A DNA stretch of 64,000 nucleotides from Lingula anatina (lineage: Eukaryota; Animalia; Brachiopoda), in NCBI GenBank assembly GCA_051362555.1, contig CM120642.1, positions 29,822,001 to 29,886,000 of the forward strand, given 5' to 3'. Made by a program: the position numbers and the translations under genes. Positions within the stretch are counted from its first letter, which is position 1; the number at the start of each line of letters is the position of its first letter. Positions 1 to 11,380 of the stretch are shown piece after piece. The notes under the pieces were generated by a model that was not told the origin of the DNA, ran no database searches, and was given only the letters and a program-made list of their open reading frames with translations.

Positions 1-208
1 AGCAAAGTTTAACAATTTTTGTATCAGCTAACAAATTTCCTTCATGAAAAAAAAGATGAATTAACATTTAGATAATTTGGTTATTGGAAACATTTGCTTT
101 GCTGTGATATACCTTAATTTTTTTTCAAAATAACACAACATGTACCACAGACCATTGATACTATTTTCATTTTGGTTTCTGGATAGTATTTTTTATTTTA
201 TTTTTATT

Positions 209-247
<39 letters not shown>

Positions 248-1039
248 TTATTATTTTTTTTATTATAATTTTTTTTTTTTTTTGGTAGGAGGGAAAACTT
301 TGATTGTGTTTATAAGTTTCATTTTTGTAGCACCAGCATGAGTGTATCTTATCAACATTTTCTCAGGCAGTGTGTTGTAACATGCATGTGGCATCAAGAC
401 ATTGTGTATAGTCACATTAACAGCATGATCTCATAGCATGATTGTATGTAGGTACAGGTTTATTATGTGTATATGGTATAATAATGCTTTCTCAAATCAT
501 TCCACATAAACCAGAAATCAGACTATTCTAAGTTCTGCCTGCTCTGTATATGCCCATATTTGCTGTTACTGTCACTGCCCTTATTTGACAGTAGATGGAG
601 CCATAGTCTTTTAGACTATGAAACCAAAGGAAGACACTTTGAGTAAATTACTTTAACTGACACTGATTTATTAAGACAAATGTTGAGCCCTAGGGGAACT
701 TGATTGTAACACAACTTGAGTGGTTCTGTCAATTTTGTTATCACTGGAAGTGAAGTGGAGGACCATTAAGAATGATTTCATTACTTCTGTGGTACTATAT
801 TTATTGGTATGAAAGACATGGGATGCTAACCAGTGATTTGATCTCAAGCTGTTGCTGCAGTAAGATTTTCATAGTTTGAAATTAGTCTAAGCTGTGTTTA
901 AAGTTGCTGTGTAATATGCCTTTGAAATTTTACATCAGAATAGCTGTACATTTCTTTCTAAAAAGATTTCTCAAGGTACTAGAATCTTAAATGAAGAAAA
1001 TAAAACAGTTAACTTCAACTTGTTCTCTCCTCGCCTTAG

Positions 1040-1204
1040 CTCGCCAGGACGCAGTTCAAGACAAGCGTCAGAGGCTGGACTACAAGGAGATTACGCCGTG
1101 TCTCAAAGCGGTGTCCAAGGAGTGGGAGAGCATGCTGGGAACAATGGAACAGATGACGGGAGACAAATTTGACGCTGATCAGCTGCTGGATGCAGTGAAG
1201 AGAG
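1040..1204 (+). CDS. TBC1D1: TBC1D1/TBC1D4-family Rab GAP, internal exon (first visible; the gene starts upstream of the window)
   Basis: Acceptor ccttag at 1034-1039, donor G|gtgaat. Encodes ARQDAVQDKRQRLDYKEITPCLKAVSKEWESML...LLDAVKRG, which resembles the region just before the TBC domain of TBC1D1/4. Phase 1 at both ends. Confidence 0.88.
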
Positions 1205-1645
1205 GTGAATATATTTGCTTTATCACAGCATTGTGTTAGAACTGGAAATATTTTGTTTTTGATTGATACTTTTGCTGCATGATGATTTTATTCAATGTTA
1301 TTGTTTTGCATAATTTATCTGGAATAATTGAAAAGAGTGTTACAGTATTTGTTTTAACTTAATTTTAAAATCATATACTTGAAGTTTTATCCAAAACCTT
1401 ATGATTTTATTCATGATGATTGTGAAAATGTTATTAACCTAATTAACTTATTATTTGGACATGTCGCTTAAAGATGATATAACTTTATTTTTAAATTATT
1501 TTTATATTGAATAAAACTATTAGAATAAATCTTACAAATGTGACATATGTAAGTGATTGGCACATTTGTCTACATTTGGTTGTTTGATCTTTGCTCGTTG
1601 AAAACATGAACATCTTGGTATTTATTTTCCTCTCATCTCCCGCAG

Positions 1646-1816
1646 GAATCCCCCGACCCAAGCGCGGTGCCATTTGGAGGTTACTGGTGGCGCAGCACCG
1701 CTTGCACCACCCTGGGGTGCTGAAGATGAAGTTCCCCAATGTTGAGCTGGAGACGCCGTATCAAGACTTACTGCGCCAGCTAACCACACACCAGCATGCA
1801 ATACTCATTGACTTAG
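1646..1816 (+). CDS. TBC1D1: TBC1D1/4-family exon, start of TBC domain
   Basis: Acceptor cccgcag, donor G|gtggga. GIPRPKRGAIWRLL...YQDLLRQLTTHQHAILIDLG carries the first part of the IxxDxxR arginine-finger motif. Confidence 0.92.
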
Positions 1817-2281
1817 GTGGGATATACAAATAATAATAATAATAAAAGTGATTTAAAGCCCAAAATCCGAATATTTTGAAAAAAACTGCACAGTATAAGA
1901 TACAAGTAATGAAAACTGACTAAAAAAAATCAAAGCCTCAAGCCCCAATAAAAATGTAGTGTGTCAAAATTGATTTGGTTGCTATAGGTTATCAAAAGGA
2001 GCTTGCAGTGCTAATGGGTAAATATTTGTGGTTGTTTATGTTTGTAGGTATATGACTTTACAGCATTCATGTCATTGTAAACTGACTTTTATAATTCAGT
2101 GGAACATAAAAGATTATATATTTGATTTACCTGTTGACTGTTTCGTCTGTTCACTCTGACAGACTTGGTCACAACTATCTCGAAACAGTCAACATGAAAA
2201 TTCAAATTTCTGGATCTATCATAAATGAAAACTTTCTGACTACCAGAATCATGTCTATAAACCATGTGTTTTTTGCTCCAG

Positions 2282-2433
2282 GTCGTACATTTCCTACACA
2301 CGAGTACTTCACCACTCCACTGGGCGTGGGTCAACTGTCCCTCTTCAACTTGCTCAAGGCATACTCATTGTTGGACACAGAGGTCGGCTACTGCCAAGGA
2401 CTCAGCTTTGTGGCTGGTATCTTGTTAATGCAT
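2282..2433 (+). CDS. TBC1D1: TBC1D1/4-family exon containing the catalytic R finger and YxQ Q finger
   Basis: Acceptor gctccag, donor CAT|gtaagt. [10 protein letters not shown]...[31 protein letters not shown] contains the canonical TBC motifs. Confidence 0.95.
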
Positions 2434-2823
2434 GTAAGTACACTTACTTTGCAGTCACTCAATAATTGTTGCTGCTTTGTTTATTCAAGGCTGTCTTGTA
2501 ATTGGAGTCAGAGATCAGCTTAGACTAGAAGCCTGTTAATCAGCCACATGACTGGTATCTTGTTGATGCATGTTAGGCTGTCCACATGTAAAATTGTGTT
2601 TTTTTATTGTATCTGTATAGTGGACACAGCACTAGTCAGGAAGCCATTCAGGTGTGTTTTTGACTCTCTTTTTCAGTTTTTTTACCAGATTTTTATTTAT
2701 TGGAACCTAGATGGCCTGTAAAAAAAGGAAATTATACTTTTTTCAGAATCCTGGTTGAACCTCTGATGGTCAGCGTCTGTAAATGATATTGAAATTTCAT
2801 AAATGTTTCATTTTCTCCCTCAG

Positions 2824-2916
2824 ATGCCAGAAGAGGAGGCATTTGATACTCTTATCTACATGATGTTCTACATGGGGTTCAGAAGACAGTACAGGCCAGA
2901 CATGACCTCACTACAG
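2824..2916 (+). CDS. TBC1D1: TBC1D1/4-family exon (31 aa; absent from the ORF track)
   Basis: Acceptor ttttctccctcag, donor CAG|gtaagg. Encodes MPEEEAFDTLIYMMFYMGFRRQYRPDMTSLQ. Phase 0 at both ends, in frame with the neighbouring exons. Confidence 0.92.
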
Positions 2917-3527
2917 GTAAGGAGGGATATTAGAACATGGGGTTCAGAAGACAGTACAGGCCAGACATGACCTCACTACAGGTAAGGAGAGATATTAGAA
3001 CATGGGGTTCAGAAGACAGTACAGGCCAGACATGACCTCACTACAGGTAAGTAGAGATATTAGAACATGGGGTTCAGAAGACAGTACAGGCCAGACATGA
3101 CCTCACTACAGGTAAGGAGGGATATTAGAACATGGGGTTCAGAAGACAGTACAGGCCAGACATGACCTCACTACAGGTAAGGAGAGATATTAGAACATGG
3201 GGTTCAGAAGACAGTACAGGCCAGACATGACCTCACTACAGGTAAGGAGAGATATTAGAACATGGGGTTCAGAAGACAGTACAGGCCAGACATGACCTCA
3301 CTACAGGTAAGGAGGGATATTAGAACATGGGGTTCAGAAGACAGTACAGGCCAGACATGACCTCACTACAGGTAAGGAGAGATATTAGAACATGGGGTTC
3401 AGAAGACAGTACAGGCCAGGCATGACCTCACTACAGGTAAGGAGAGATATTAGAACATGGGGTTCAGAAGACAGTACAGGCCAGACATGACCTCACTACA
3501 GGTAAGGAGAGATATTAGAACATGGGG
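2870..3527 (+). repeat. Minisatellite: 10 near-identical 65-bp units plus a partial 11th, each copying the exon 3' end and its splice donor
   Basis: Unit acatggggttcagaagacagtacaggccagacatgacctcactacaggtaaggagRgatattaga. The catggggttc motif recurs at 2871, 2936, 3001 and so on to 3456, with a partial copy at 3521. Confidence 0.97.
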
Positions 3528-3655
3528 GTAGGAGGCAGGGATATAAAATAGTCTATGAAACTCCCATGTTTACTGCTTGTGTAGAGAATTTGGTATTATA
3601 TGCTATGTATGCTACACATAGTAAGTCATGTAACCTTTTCATTTCGAGTTTGATA

Positions 3656-3767
<112 letters not shown>

Positions 3768-4053
3768 TGGGAACATATTTGTTGTTTGTTTCTCGCCAAA
3801 GGATAGGCTTAGGACTTATTCTTTATGATTTTAACTCGGTCAACATAACTGCAGGATACTCTAGGAAATACTCTATATGAAATAAGGATTTTATCTAGCA
3901 TATGAGGAATTATTAAAGCAAACTGTATGCTCATTCACTTAATGGTAAAGTTTTTGAGAATTGATTACATATACATCTAATAATATGCATCTTTAAGCTT
4001 TTAATACAAAATAACATTATAGATTAGCTCGATGAATATTCTTTATTTTCCAG

Positions 4054-4213
4054 ATTCAAATGTATCAACTTCAGCGTTTGTTGCACGACCACTACAAGGA
4101 GCTATATGAGCATTTTGAGGAAAATGAGATCCACCCCACTCTCTATGCGGCCCCTTGGTTCCTGACTCTGTTTGCCTCACAGTTTCCACTGGGATTTGTC
4201 GCCAGAGTGTTTG
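4054..4213 (+). CDS. TBC1D1: TBC1D1/4-family exon
   Basis: Acceptor ttttccag, donor G|gtaaat. Encodes [53 protein letters not shown], a strongly TBC1D1/4-like segment. Confidence 0.95.
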
Positions 4214-4741
4214 GTAAATGACTCTGTTATATAATTGTAGATGTATTCTTATTGTACAGTTTAACTTAATATGCATGTATGCACCTGATGTTTAGAATTA
4301 TATTGTACAACACATACACATATATTAGAATAACATGGCATAATTAAGTTGACCTATTTAATATTATTCCAAATCAGTTACATGCCTTATTGTTTTGTTA
4401 GTCTTATTTTCAAAAAATATAAACTTTAGGTAAGATACTGGTCTGTAGTGAAATATTGTCATCTGGTGACATAATATGCTACACTTCCCATCTAAGAAAG
4501 AGTGGAGGGGACCCTACTCAAAGGCGCCAATGCCAATGAGTTAGGTCCCACCAGCTAGTGCACACTAACTCCTGGGGGACTCATGCTGAATGCAGCCAGA
4601 TTAACAGACTTACACGCCTCCTCCTGGCATTGAGTAGAAATCAGAGTAGGTTGTAATGATTCAAGTATATTAGAAACATGAGGAGGAGTGTTATTAACAT
4701 ATTCATGCATGGTCTGCAGTAGTCTTGGTGTTTTCTTCCAG

Positions 4742-4911
4742 ATCTGATATTCCTGCAGGGTATGGAGGTGATCTTCAAGGTGGCGCTGGTGTTACTGGGA
4801 AGCCATAAGGAGCTGGTTCTGCAGTGCAGCAGCTTTGAGACCATCGTGGAATGTCTGAAGACCACCCTGCCTGAGATGAGTATGATACAGATGGAGAGAG
4901 TCATCAATCAG
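4742..4911 (+). CDS. TBC1D1: TBC1D1/4-family exon, end of TBC domain
   Basis: Acceptor ttcttccag, donor CAG|gtactt. Encodes [57 protein letters not shown]. Confidence 0.93.
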
Positions 4912-5361
4912 GTACTTAGTCTGTCCTCTTTCTTTCCTTTTCTTGTTTATTTCCAAATCTAGGTCATAGGTGGAATATTCAAAAATTGAATGTGCTAGAA
5001 TACGTACATGTATGTTATTTTCCTTTAGGAGAATTATATTTTGACTTTGGCAAATAATTTAAGCTACCAGAACCTTCACCTCAGTATTACTTTCTGCACT
5101 ATAGAACCTTTTGTATTTAGCAGGAAGGGTGTTTTTTTTTTTTTTAAGACGTGTGAAAAAAGCCCCCCTCTTCTTGCCCTGTTTCTTTTCAGTAAATTAC
5201 GTTAATCTACACAAGCAATCATGAAAATAACCCAAAACTCCACGAAAGTTTTAATATATGTAATATGATACGACAGGGAATGTATTTTGACTGCTGATTG
5301 TGTTTCCAGCTCTTACTTACTATAGCACATATTTCATGTGTCAAGTTCCTTTTGTCCTCAG

Positions 5362-5973
5362 GTGTTCAACCTTGACATCTCCCAACAGTTGAATTCCTAT
5401 GAGGTGGAGTACCACGTCCTGCAGGAGGAGATGTTGTGGTCACCACAGCAAGGGAACATGGACATTGAGAGACTGGAACAAGCCAACCAGAGTCTCAAAC
5501 GACAAAACATGCAGATGCTGGAACAGCTCCAGACGGCTCACAATCAGAACCACACACTAGAGGTCACTCTTGGCAATCTTCAGGGCAGCCATAACAGACT
5601 GAAGTCCCATTTGAAAACCCTAGAGCTTGAACGGACTGCTTTACTTAACACAGTGGCTAAACTGAAGGCGCTGATACCCCCAGAGAAGATATCACAAGCA
5701 GGTATTTCTCTGCCAGATTTGATGCAGAATATTCCACACACTCTTCATTCTGGGCAGGATGGAAACAAAAATAACTTTGAAGGTGGCACGTACGATGATT
5801 CTGATACGGAGGTTGCAATAATCACCAAAGAAAAGCAAGATCAGAGCAGGAAGAGGTTCAGCAGTGGAGAGAGCGTCCCAAGATTGGGGAACTTGATGCA
5901 TCGCTCTCCTAGAGGAAAATCCCCACTTGTCCTCCATGAAGAAAAAAGTCAACAAAGACCGGATTCCCACTGA
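5362..5973 (+). CDS. TBC1D1: TBC1D1/4-family last coding exon (coiled coil and disordered tail)
   Basis: Acceptor ttttgtcctcag. VFNLDISQQLNSYEVEYHVLQEE matches the family YEVEYHVLQEE motif, followed by a heptad-rich segment. Stop TGA at 5971-5973. Confidence 0.93.
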   Translation: MFNLDISQQLNSYEVEYHVLQEEMLWSPQQGNMDIERLEQANQSLKRQNMQMLEQLQTAHNQNHTLEVTLGNLQGSHNRLKSHLKTLELERTALLNTVAKLKALIPPEKISQAGISLPDLMQNIPHTLHSGQDGNKNNFEGGTYDDSDTEVAIITKEKQDQSRKRFSSGESVPRLGNLMHRSPRGKSPLVLHEEKSQQRPDSH

Positions 5974-6711
5974 ATGGAGTATTGCAGATTTCCAATCAAT
6001 TTGGTGCCATTTTCTTTTACTTTAAACTTTTTTTTAGTTCAAAACAAGAAGGTGAAGTGAACTTTCTAGTCTACTTATTCTTGATAACTTTTATTATTAA
6101 GCTATTTTAACTTGTTAAGGCATGGCTTCCAGAAAAAAAATGTTTTTAGGATCTTCATATACACAGATATTATATAGTATGTTTATGAAGGAATAAGCAG
6201 TTTTTACCCATTGAACCTCAAGACAGTATTCGTCATGTGTTGCATAATTGTTCATGTGCAGCAAAACTATAAAATGATCCACATGGTATCTTATACAAAG
6301 GAATGAAGAATTATCCTTTTAAATTAATAGAAACAGCGAATGTCGTCACAAAAATTAATGTTCATGGGTTTTGTGGATGCAAGTGTGTTGTGTGTGTGTG
6401 TTGTGCTGCTAAGCATCGCAAAAAAAGGTTGGGAAAACTAGCTTACTAGGAGAGCAGGACTTGATTAAGAGATAACCAAGGGACTGATGCTGCGAAAAAC
6501 CAGTTCCAATGTAAAGATAGATTTGATGACAATGAAAATTAAATGGTGACAGGCTTCTCTTCCTTGATAATTGATATCTAAGTCAAATTTCGGTTTCATG
6601 TAGAAACTTATATATCTATTGTCCATTGATTGATTGACTTCATGAATATGGTAAAAATTTTAATGGCCAGTCTGAGTTCTGTTGAAATCTGTGTATTAAC
6701 AACAGGACTAG

Positions 6712-6712
<1 letters not shown>

Positions 6713-6772
<60 letters not shown>

Positions 6773-6795
6773 CGCGCGCGCGCGCGCGCGCGCGC
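6713..6795. repeat. (TG)n-(CG)n compound dinucleotide repeat
   Basis: About 26 TG units followed by about 15 CG units. Confidence 0.95.
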
Positions 6796-9016
6796 ATGTG
6801 CATTTGGTTAGGGGGATGGGGGGTAAGGGAAGCTCAGTCAAAATCATATAGTTTCTTGGTCATTGTCATATTTGATCTCCATTTTTAATCGTTTTTACTT
6901 GTATTAATTATAATTGAATTGCATACAATGGGAGGGGAGACATCCATTATAATTGTTTCTTTGGGCAAGACTAGAGTTATTTGAGCAATAATAATACAAA
7001 AGTTCCATTATTTGATGTGCTCAGTATAAACATATTTAGAAAGTCATTTCAAGCATTCCCAAAAATTCTAAATGTATTCCTGTCGATTCAGAATCTAAAT
7101 TTATCATTTTTTTTCACAAACGTGCTCCTTTCAGAAGCGAGGAATGATTTGAAAAGTATGAACAGTGTAGAACGAAACTTGGTAGCCAGTGTTCAATGTT
7201 TGATCGAGAAAAAGTTTTGGGCTCAAAATCCTCTTAATACTCTTCAAGTCAAAATTATCATCCTTAAATTACTCAAATTTGTGATGAACAGTATGTGGTG
7301 AAAAATGCACGGACTATATTTTGTTATCACCATACACAAGATGTACTATATTATTTTCAATGTTTCTGTTGATCAGAATCCTGCAGAAGCAGAAGTATAG
7401 ATCTACTCTTTTTTTTTTTTTTTTTCATCAGCTATGATTCGTACCACTATCGATTAATCTTACCTGCTAAATTTACTTATTCAACATCTCACTTTTTTTC
7501 TTATTTCTTAAAGAGTATATAAGTTTTTAAATTTTATTGTCATTTCTTGGTGTCTCAACAATGTTTATCATATAATATCATTAAATATGGACCCCATTTG
7601 ATTAGCATTCATTTGATAGTTCTTGATGTGGAATATATTTGATTTCATTCAATTTTTTTGTTTTGGTATGTTTTGTTATGAGATGGGAGAATGGCAATCC
7701 ATGTTTTAATTGCTACCATCTTGGGTTTTATTTCATCATAGGATTTTATTTCATTATTTCATTTCACATCATTAGGAGTTAATTTGTGTCAATTCATTTT
7801 GTGTTATTTATTTTACTTATATACAGATTACCAGAAAAGCGCAGTATATTGATGCCTTTAAGGTAGAAAAGGTTTTAATTGAAATGAATCATAGGTCAGG
7901 AAAACAGAAGAAAAATTATATTACTTAGAACAATCTTCAGGTTTGAAATATCTGTCTCAGTGATTTGGTTGACTTAAAAGCTCAGAAGTTTCATAGGGTA
8001 TACTCAAATGTCACACTTTTTGTTTTTGTTATGCTAACTTTAACTATAAAATCCAAGTATAAGTTAATTCGTAAAAAAAATTATAATGTCTATATTTTAT
8101 GTTAATTTTTTCAAAGGAAAAAAATTACTATCAAACAAATATGAATAGTAGGTATGTGGTATGAAAAGTATCTAGGTTCTTTCATCTGAAGGACTTTGAT
8201 CATCGAAAATGGCTACAAAAAGACATCCAGTGCATGTACAAGTACTATAAGCCACATACTGGAAGGGTACAATCAATCAGACGTTTTGACAATTTGCAGT
8301 TAAAAATGTAAAATAAATTGGACAAAGAAGCAGTGTGCAACGTTTTATGTATTTTCAACATCTTCAGACTAAGTATAGTCTGTAAGAATCTTAGCATTTG
8401 ATAAAAAACGTTGTTGTTTTTTAACCAAATACATGTACCATATCCCCTTTAGACCCTATCACAAGAGAAAACGGTTAGAATTCGTTAAAATAATAATGCA
8501 CAAATTACATTTTACCTTTTGCGCGTTCTGAAATTTAGATTCTTTATTTTATGCAAAATTACTGTATTTATGTAGAATTTATTTCACTTTAAACAGAACT
8601 GACTTGTTTACTTGGTTGTGTTTTTGGACACGTTCTTTAATTCCCCGTGACATGTGATTTGTCCATTTATTAAACGTCGTTTGCCGGATCTTTTATTTTT
8701 TGTCATATGCACATTGTATTCGTATATCACAAGGATAGGGTACACCGCCTGGGATGATTTGTTTGAACCATAAGCGTGTGTTCTTGTCTAAGTTAAACGC
8801 TTTCCGCATTCAAATCAGTAGTTTTCGACTAAACGGGGAAACGCACTACTCAAACAGGCCGATATAGAGCAGACGGGGAAAAGACAAACTATGATCCTAT
8901 AAAGGGGAAAAGAGAAATGAAATATGTTACTTTCAGCTCTCTTTGGAATGGGAAAAGAACATTTATTAAAATTACCTGGGAGACTAAAGAAGTAAAACGA
9001 ACTTCGAGTGGAATCA

Positions 9017-9075
9017 GTAGCGTAGTGGGTAAAACGGCGATTCTTTGTTGTAGCGAAATGAGTTCCACACATATC
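9017..9075 (+). mobile_element. Possible tRNA-derived SINE head (degenerate)
   Basis: A-box-like tagcgtagtgg (9018-9028) and B-box-like gagttccacac (9060-9070) at tRNA-like spacing. No full cloverleaf. Confidence 0.3.
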
Positions 9076-9963
9076 AAACGCTAATATCATCGGTGCTTTG
9101 GACCAAACCCAATATCTCTTTCCAAAACCCGTTGTAATTTATCGAATTTAATAATATAAATCCACTTATTATATTTTACCTTTTGTGCTCTGACACTTAG
9201 TCCGATAAAACACGCACGCACACACAGTCAGCTAGTTGTTACAACTGGAAAATCATTTTAACATATTACACAGTTGGTAGAATTAAGGGCAACGAACGGT
9301 ACCCCCCCCCCCCCCCCCTTTCCACACACACACACTGTGACACACAATTCAACATCATTTTAACATATTACAACGCTGTATTGTATAAATTGCATGCGTA
9401 ATCCATTATATGTTTTCACATATTAAAAATTTAGAAAATAGAGATACATCTGAAAACAATGGGAAACGATCATTAAAATGGACATTAAGTGGCCGTATAT
9501 GTAATTCTGGCATTCTTTACGCCAGCTGCAAATTATATTGTTTCACCAGTTTGAGCTTTTATCTTCAGATCTTACGTGCATATCAATGCATATCAAGTTG
9601 CGAATTTAACACAATTTGTTATGAGGACGAGGCGTGTGATAAAACAACCGACAAATATGAACTCTCAGCGTTTTCTGGGCAACGAGTTTGTAATCCCTTT
9701 CCTGTTGATTTGATCCATTATGACTATACCCTTCAAAACTTCGTCTGAAGTCTAAATACTAAATGAGGCACATGCCGCTTCGTTCAAATCTTTTTCTAGC
9801 TCGGTGTACTGTCATCGTCACAGGAAAATTCAGAAAATTCATCCATTTTGGATACTTTGACACAAAAGGGGACAGAGTTATCAGAGGAGGCTTTTCCACC
9901 AGTATCAGTGGCAAGGCAAACGGCATCATTTGGCACAGCAGAAAACGAAAACTTGTCGCTGTA

Positions 9964-10804
9964 TTAGATATATTTTTCAGAACTTTCTGGGAAAGTTTCT
10001 ATGGTGCTTTCTTCACCCTGTAACGAGGCAACGCCATTCCCCTCCTCATCGGTAATGTTATGTGCGATGTTTGAGATAACATGCGTCTCAACAGACACAG
10101 TGTTACGTGGTTGCGTTTCCCCTGATGGTTCTGCTGCCTCTTCCGTTGGTGGTTGTGTTGGTGATTGTGCTGGGTGTTCTGTTGGCGATCCTGTTGGTAG
10201 TTCTGTTGGTTCTGTTGATGGTCCTGTTGGTAGTTCTGCTGGTTCTGTTGATGGTCCTGTTGGTAGTTCTGGTGGTGTTTCTGTTAGCGGTTCTGTTGAC
10301 AGTTCTGTTGGTGGCCGTGTTAGCTGTTCTGTTGGTGGTTCTGTTGATGGTCCTGTTGTTGGTTGTGTTGGCGGTTCTGTTGATGGCTCTGTTGATGGTT
10401 CTGTTTGCTGTTCTGTTGGTTGTTCTGTAGGCGGTTCTGTTGGTGGGCCTGTTGGCGGTTCTGTTGGTTGTTCTGTAGGCGGTTCTGTTGGCGGTACTGT
10501 TGGTGGGCCTGTCGGTGGTGCTGATGGCGGTGGTGGTGAAGGCGGTGCAGGAGTGCCAGCCATAACATAGGGACCCGCACTGACCATAACCTGTCCAGCG
10601 GTAACTCCAGATGACCCGCTCACACCAGGGACATCTTGCGCAGAGTATCCAGCCACTTTGGCTGTGTTTTGAGCATAGACGGCGGCATACCCAGACACCG
10701 GGGCCGCGTTAAGTTGAGGACTGGCTGAACTGACCGCGGAAGCAGAGGCTATCGGAATGTTGTCAAACTCTAGAAACTGTGACGTCCTCTTAGCCAAATA
10801 TACC
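9964..10804 (-). CDS. Uncharacterized four-repeat protein, exon 8 (last): end of repeat 4, then an Ala/Ser-rich region and a Pro/Thr/Glu repeat tail
   Basis: Minus-strand acceptor ttataaccacgtag. Phase 2 joins IR|VYLAKRTSQF in frame with ORF 9964..10797. Stop ends at 9964. Confidence 0.8.
10140..10545 (-). repeat. Coding low-complexity repeat with ~12-nt units (PPTE/PSTE/QPTE/PTG)
   Basis: Recurrent ggttctgttggt-like units on the + strand translate to PTEP repeats on the minus strand. Confidence 0.9.
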
Positions 10805-11227
10805 CTACGTGGTTATAAAAACAACAGATAATAATTTTGGGAATCTTGGATTTATATATTTCTTTAGAAAAGCAAGTGAAAAACAGAAATTTATAATCAA
10901 AGAAGAATAAACGATAACATTTTGGAATATCAACTTCAGCACCAACGTACACATTCCCAAAAATTTCTACAAATACTGATTATTGTACTATTGCGACTTA
11001 AAAACAACTCTGATGCTTTGCATCAACAGGGCAATTGTAATAATGATTATTACACAAAGGTAAATAAGTAAGCGTAAATTCAAACATAAAATGAATAAAG
11101 ATGTCACACAATAAAACTTGTACAAAAATGTTAACCGCCATAACTAATAGATTTTTGTATCTTCTAACAGATTGTAAAACGTAAAAAACACGACTTTAAA
11201 GCGGGGAAAATATAGTACAGTACCCAC

Positions 11228-11357
11228 CGTATAGTATCCAGCCACGTCTCCTCACCATGGAGATAAGTGACGTCCTCTCGGGTGGCCCCCGCCTGCTCCT
11301 CTGACGTCAGAGCTTGAACTGGGAACGTTTCGACACTTATCACTTCTCGGTCGTGGG
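11228..11357 (-). CDS. Four-repeat protein, exon 7
   Basis: Acceptor tttcgctccag, donor CG|gtgggt. Encodes AHDREVISVETFPVQAL...WLDTIR. Phases 1 and 2. Confidence 0.8.
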
Positions 11358-11380
11358 CTGGAGCGAAATAAAAATGAGTT

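Noticed and set aside
2870-3527. CRISPR-like regularly spaced array
   Set aside because: Units are head-to-tail with no unique spacers, derive from the host exon-intron junction, and lie in a eukaryotic gene with no cas genes nearby.
9017-9075. Functional tRNA gene
   Set aside because: A- and B-box-like motifs are present, but acceptor and T stems cannot be formed. Kept only as a low-confidence SINE head.
10001-10580. ORFs 10001..10570(+), 10107..10430(+) and 10320..10580(-) as separate genes
   Set aside because: They are shadow frames of the PTE repeat. Only the 9964..10804 minus frame joins the upstream exons in phase.
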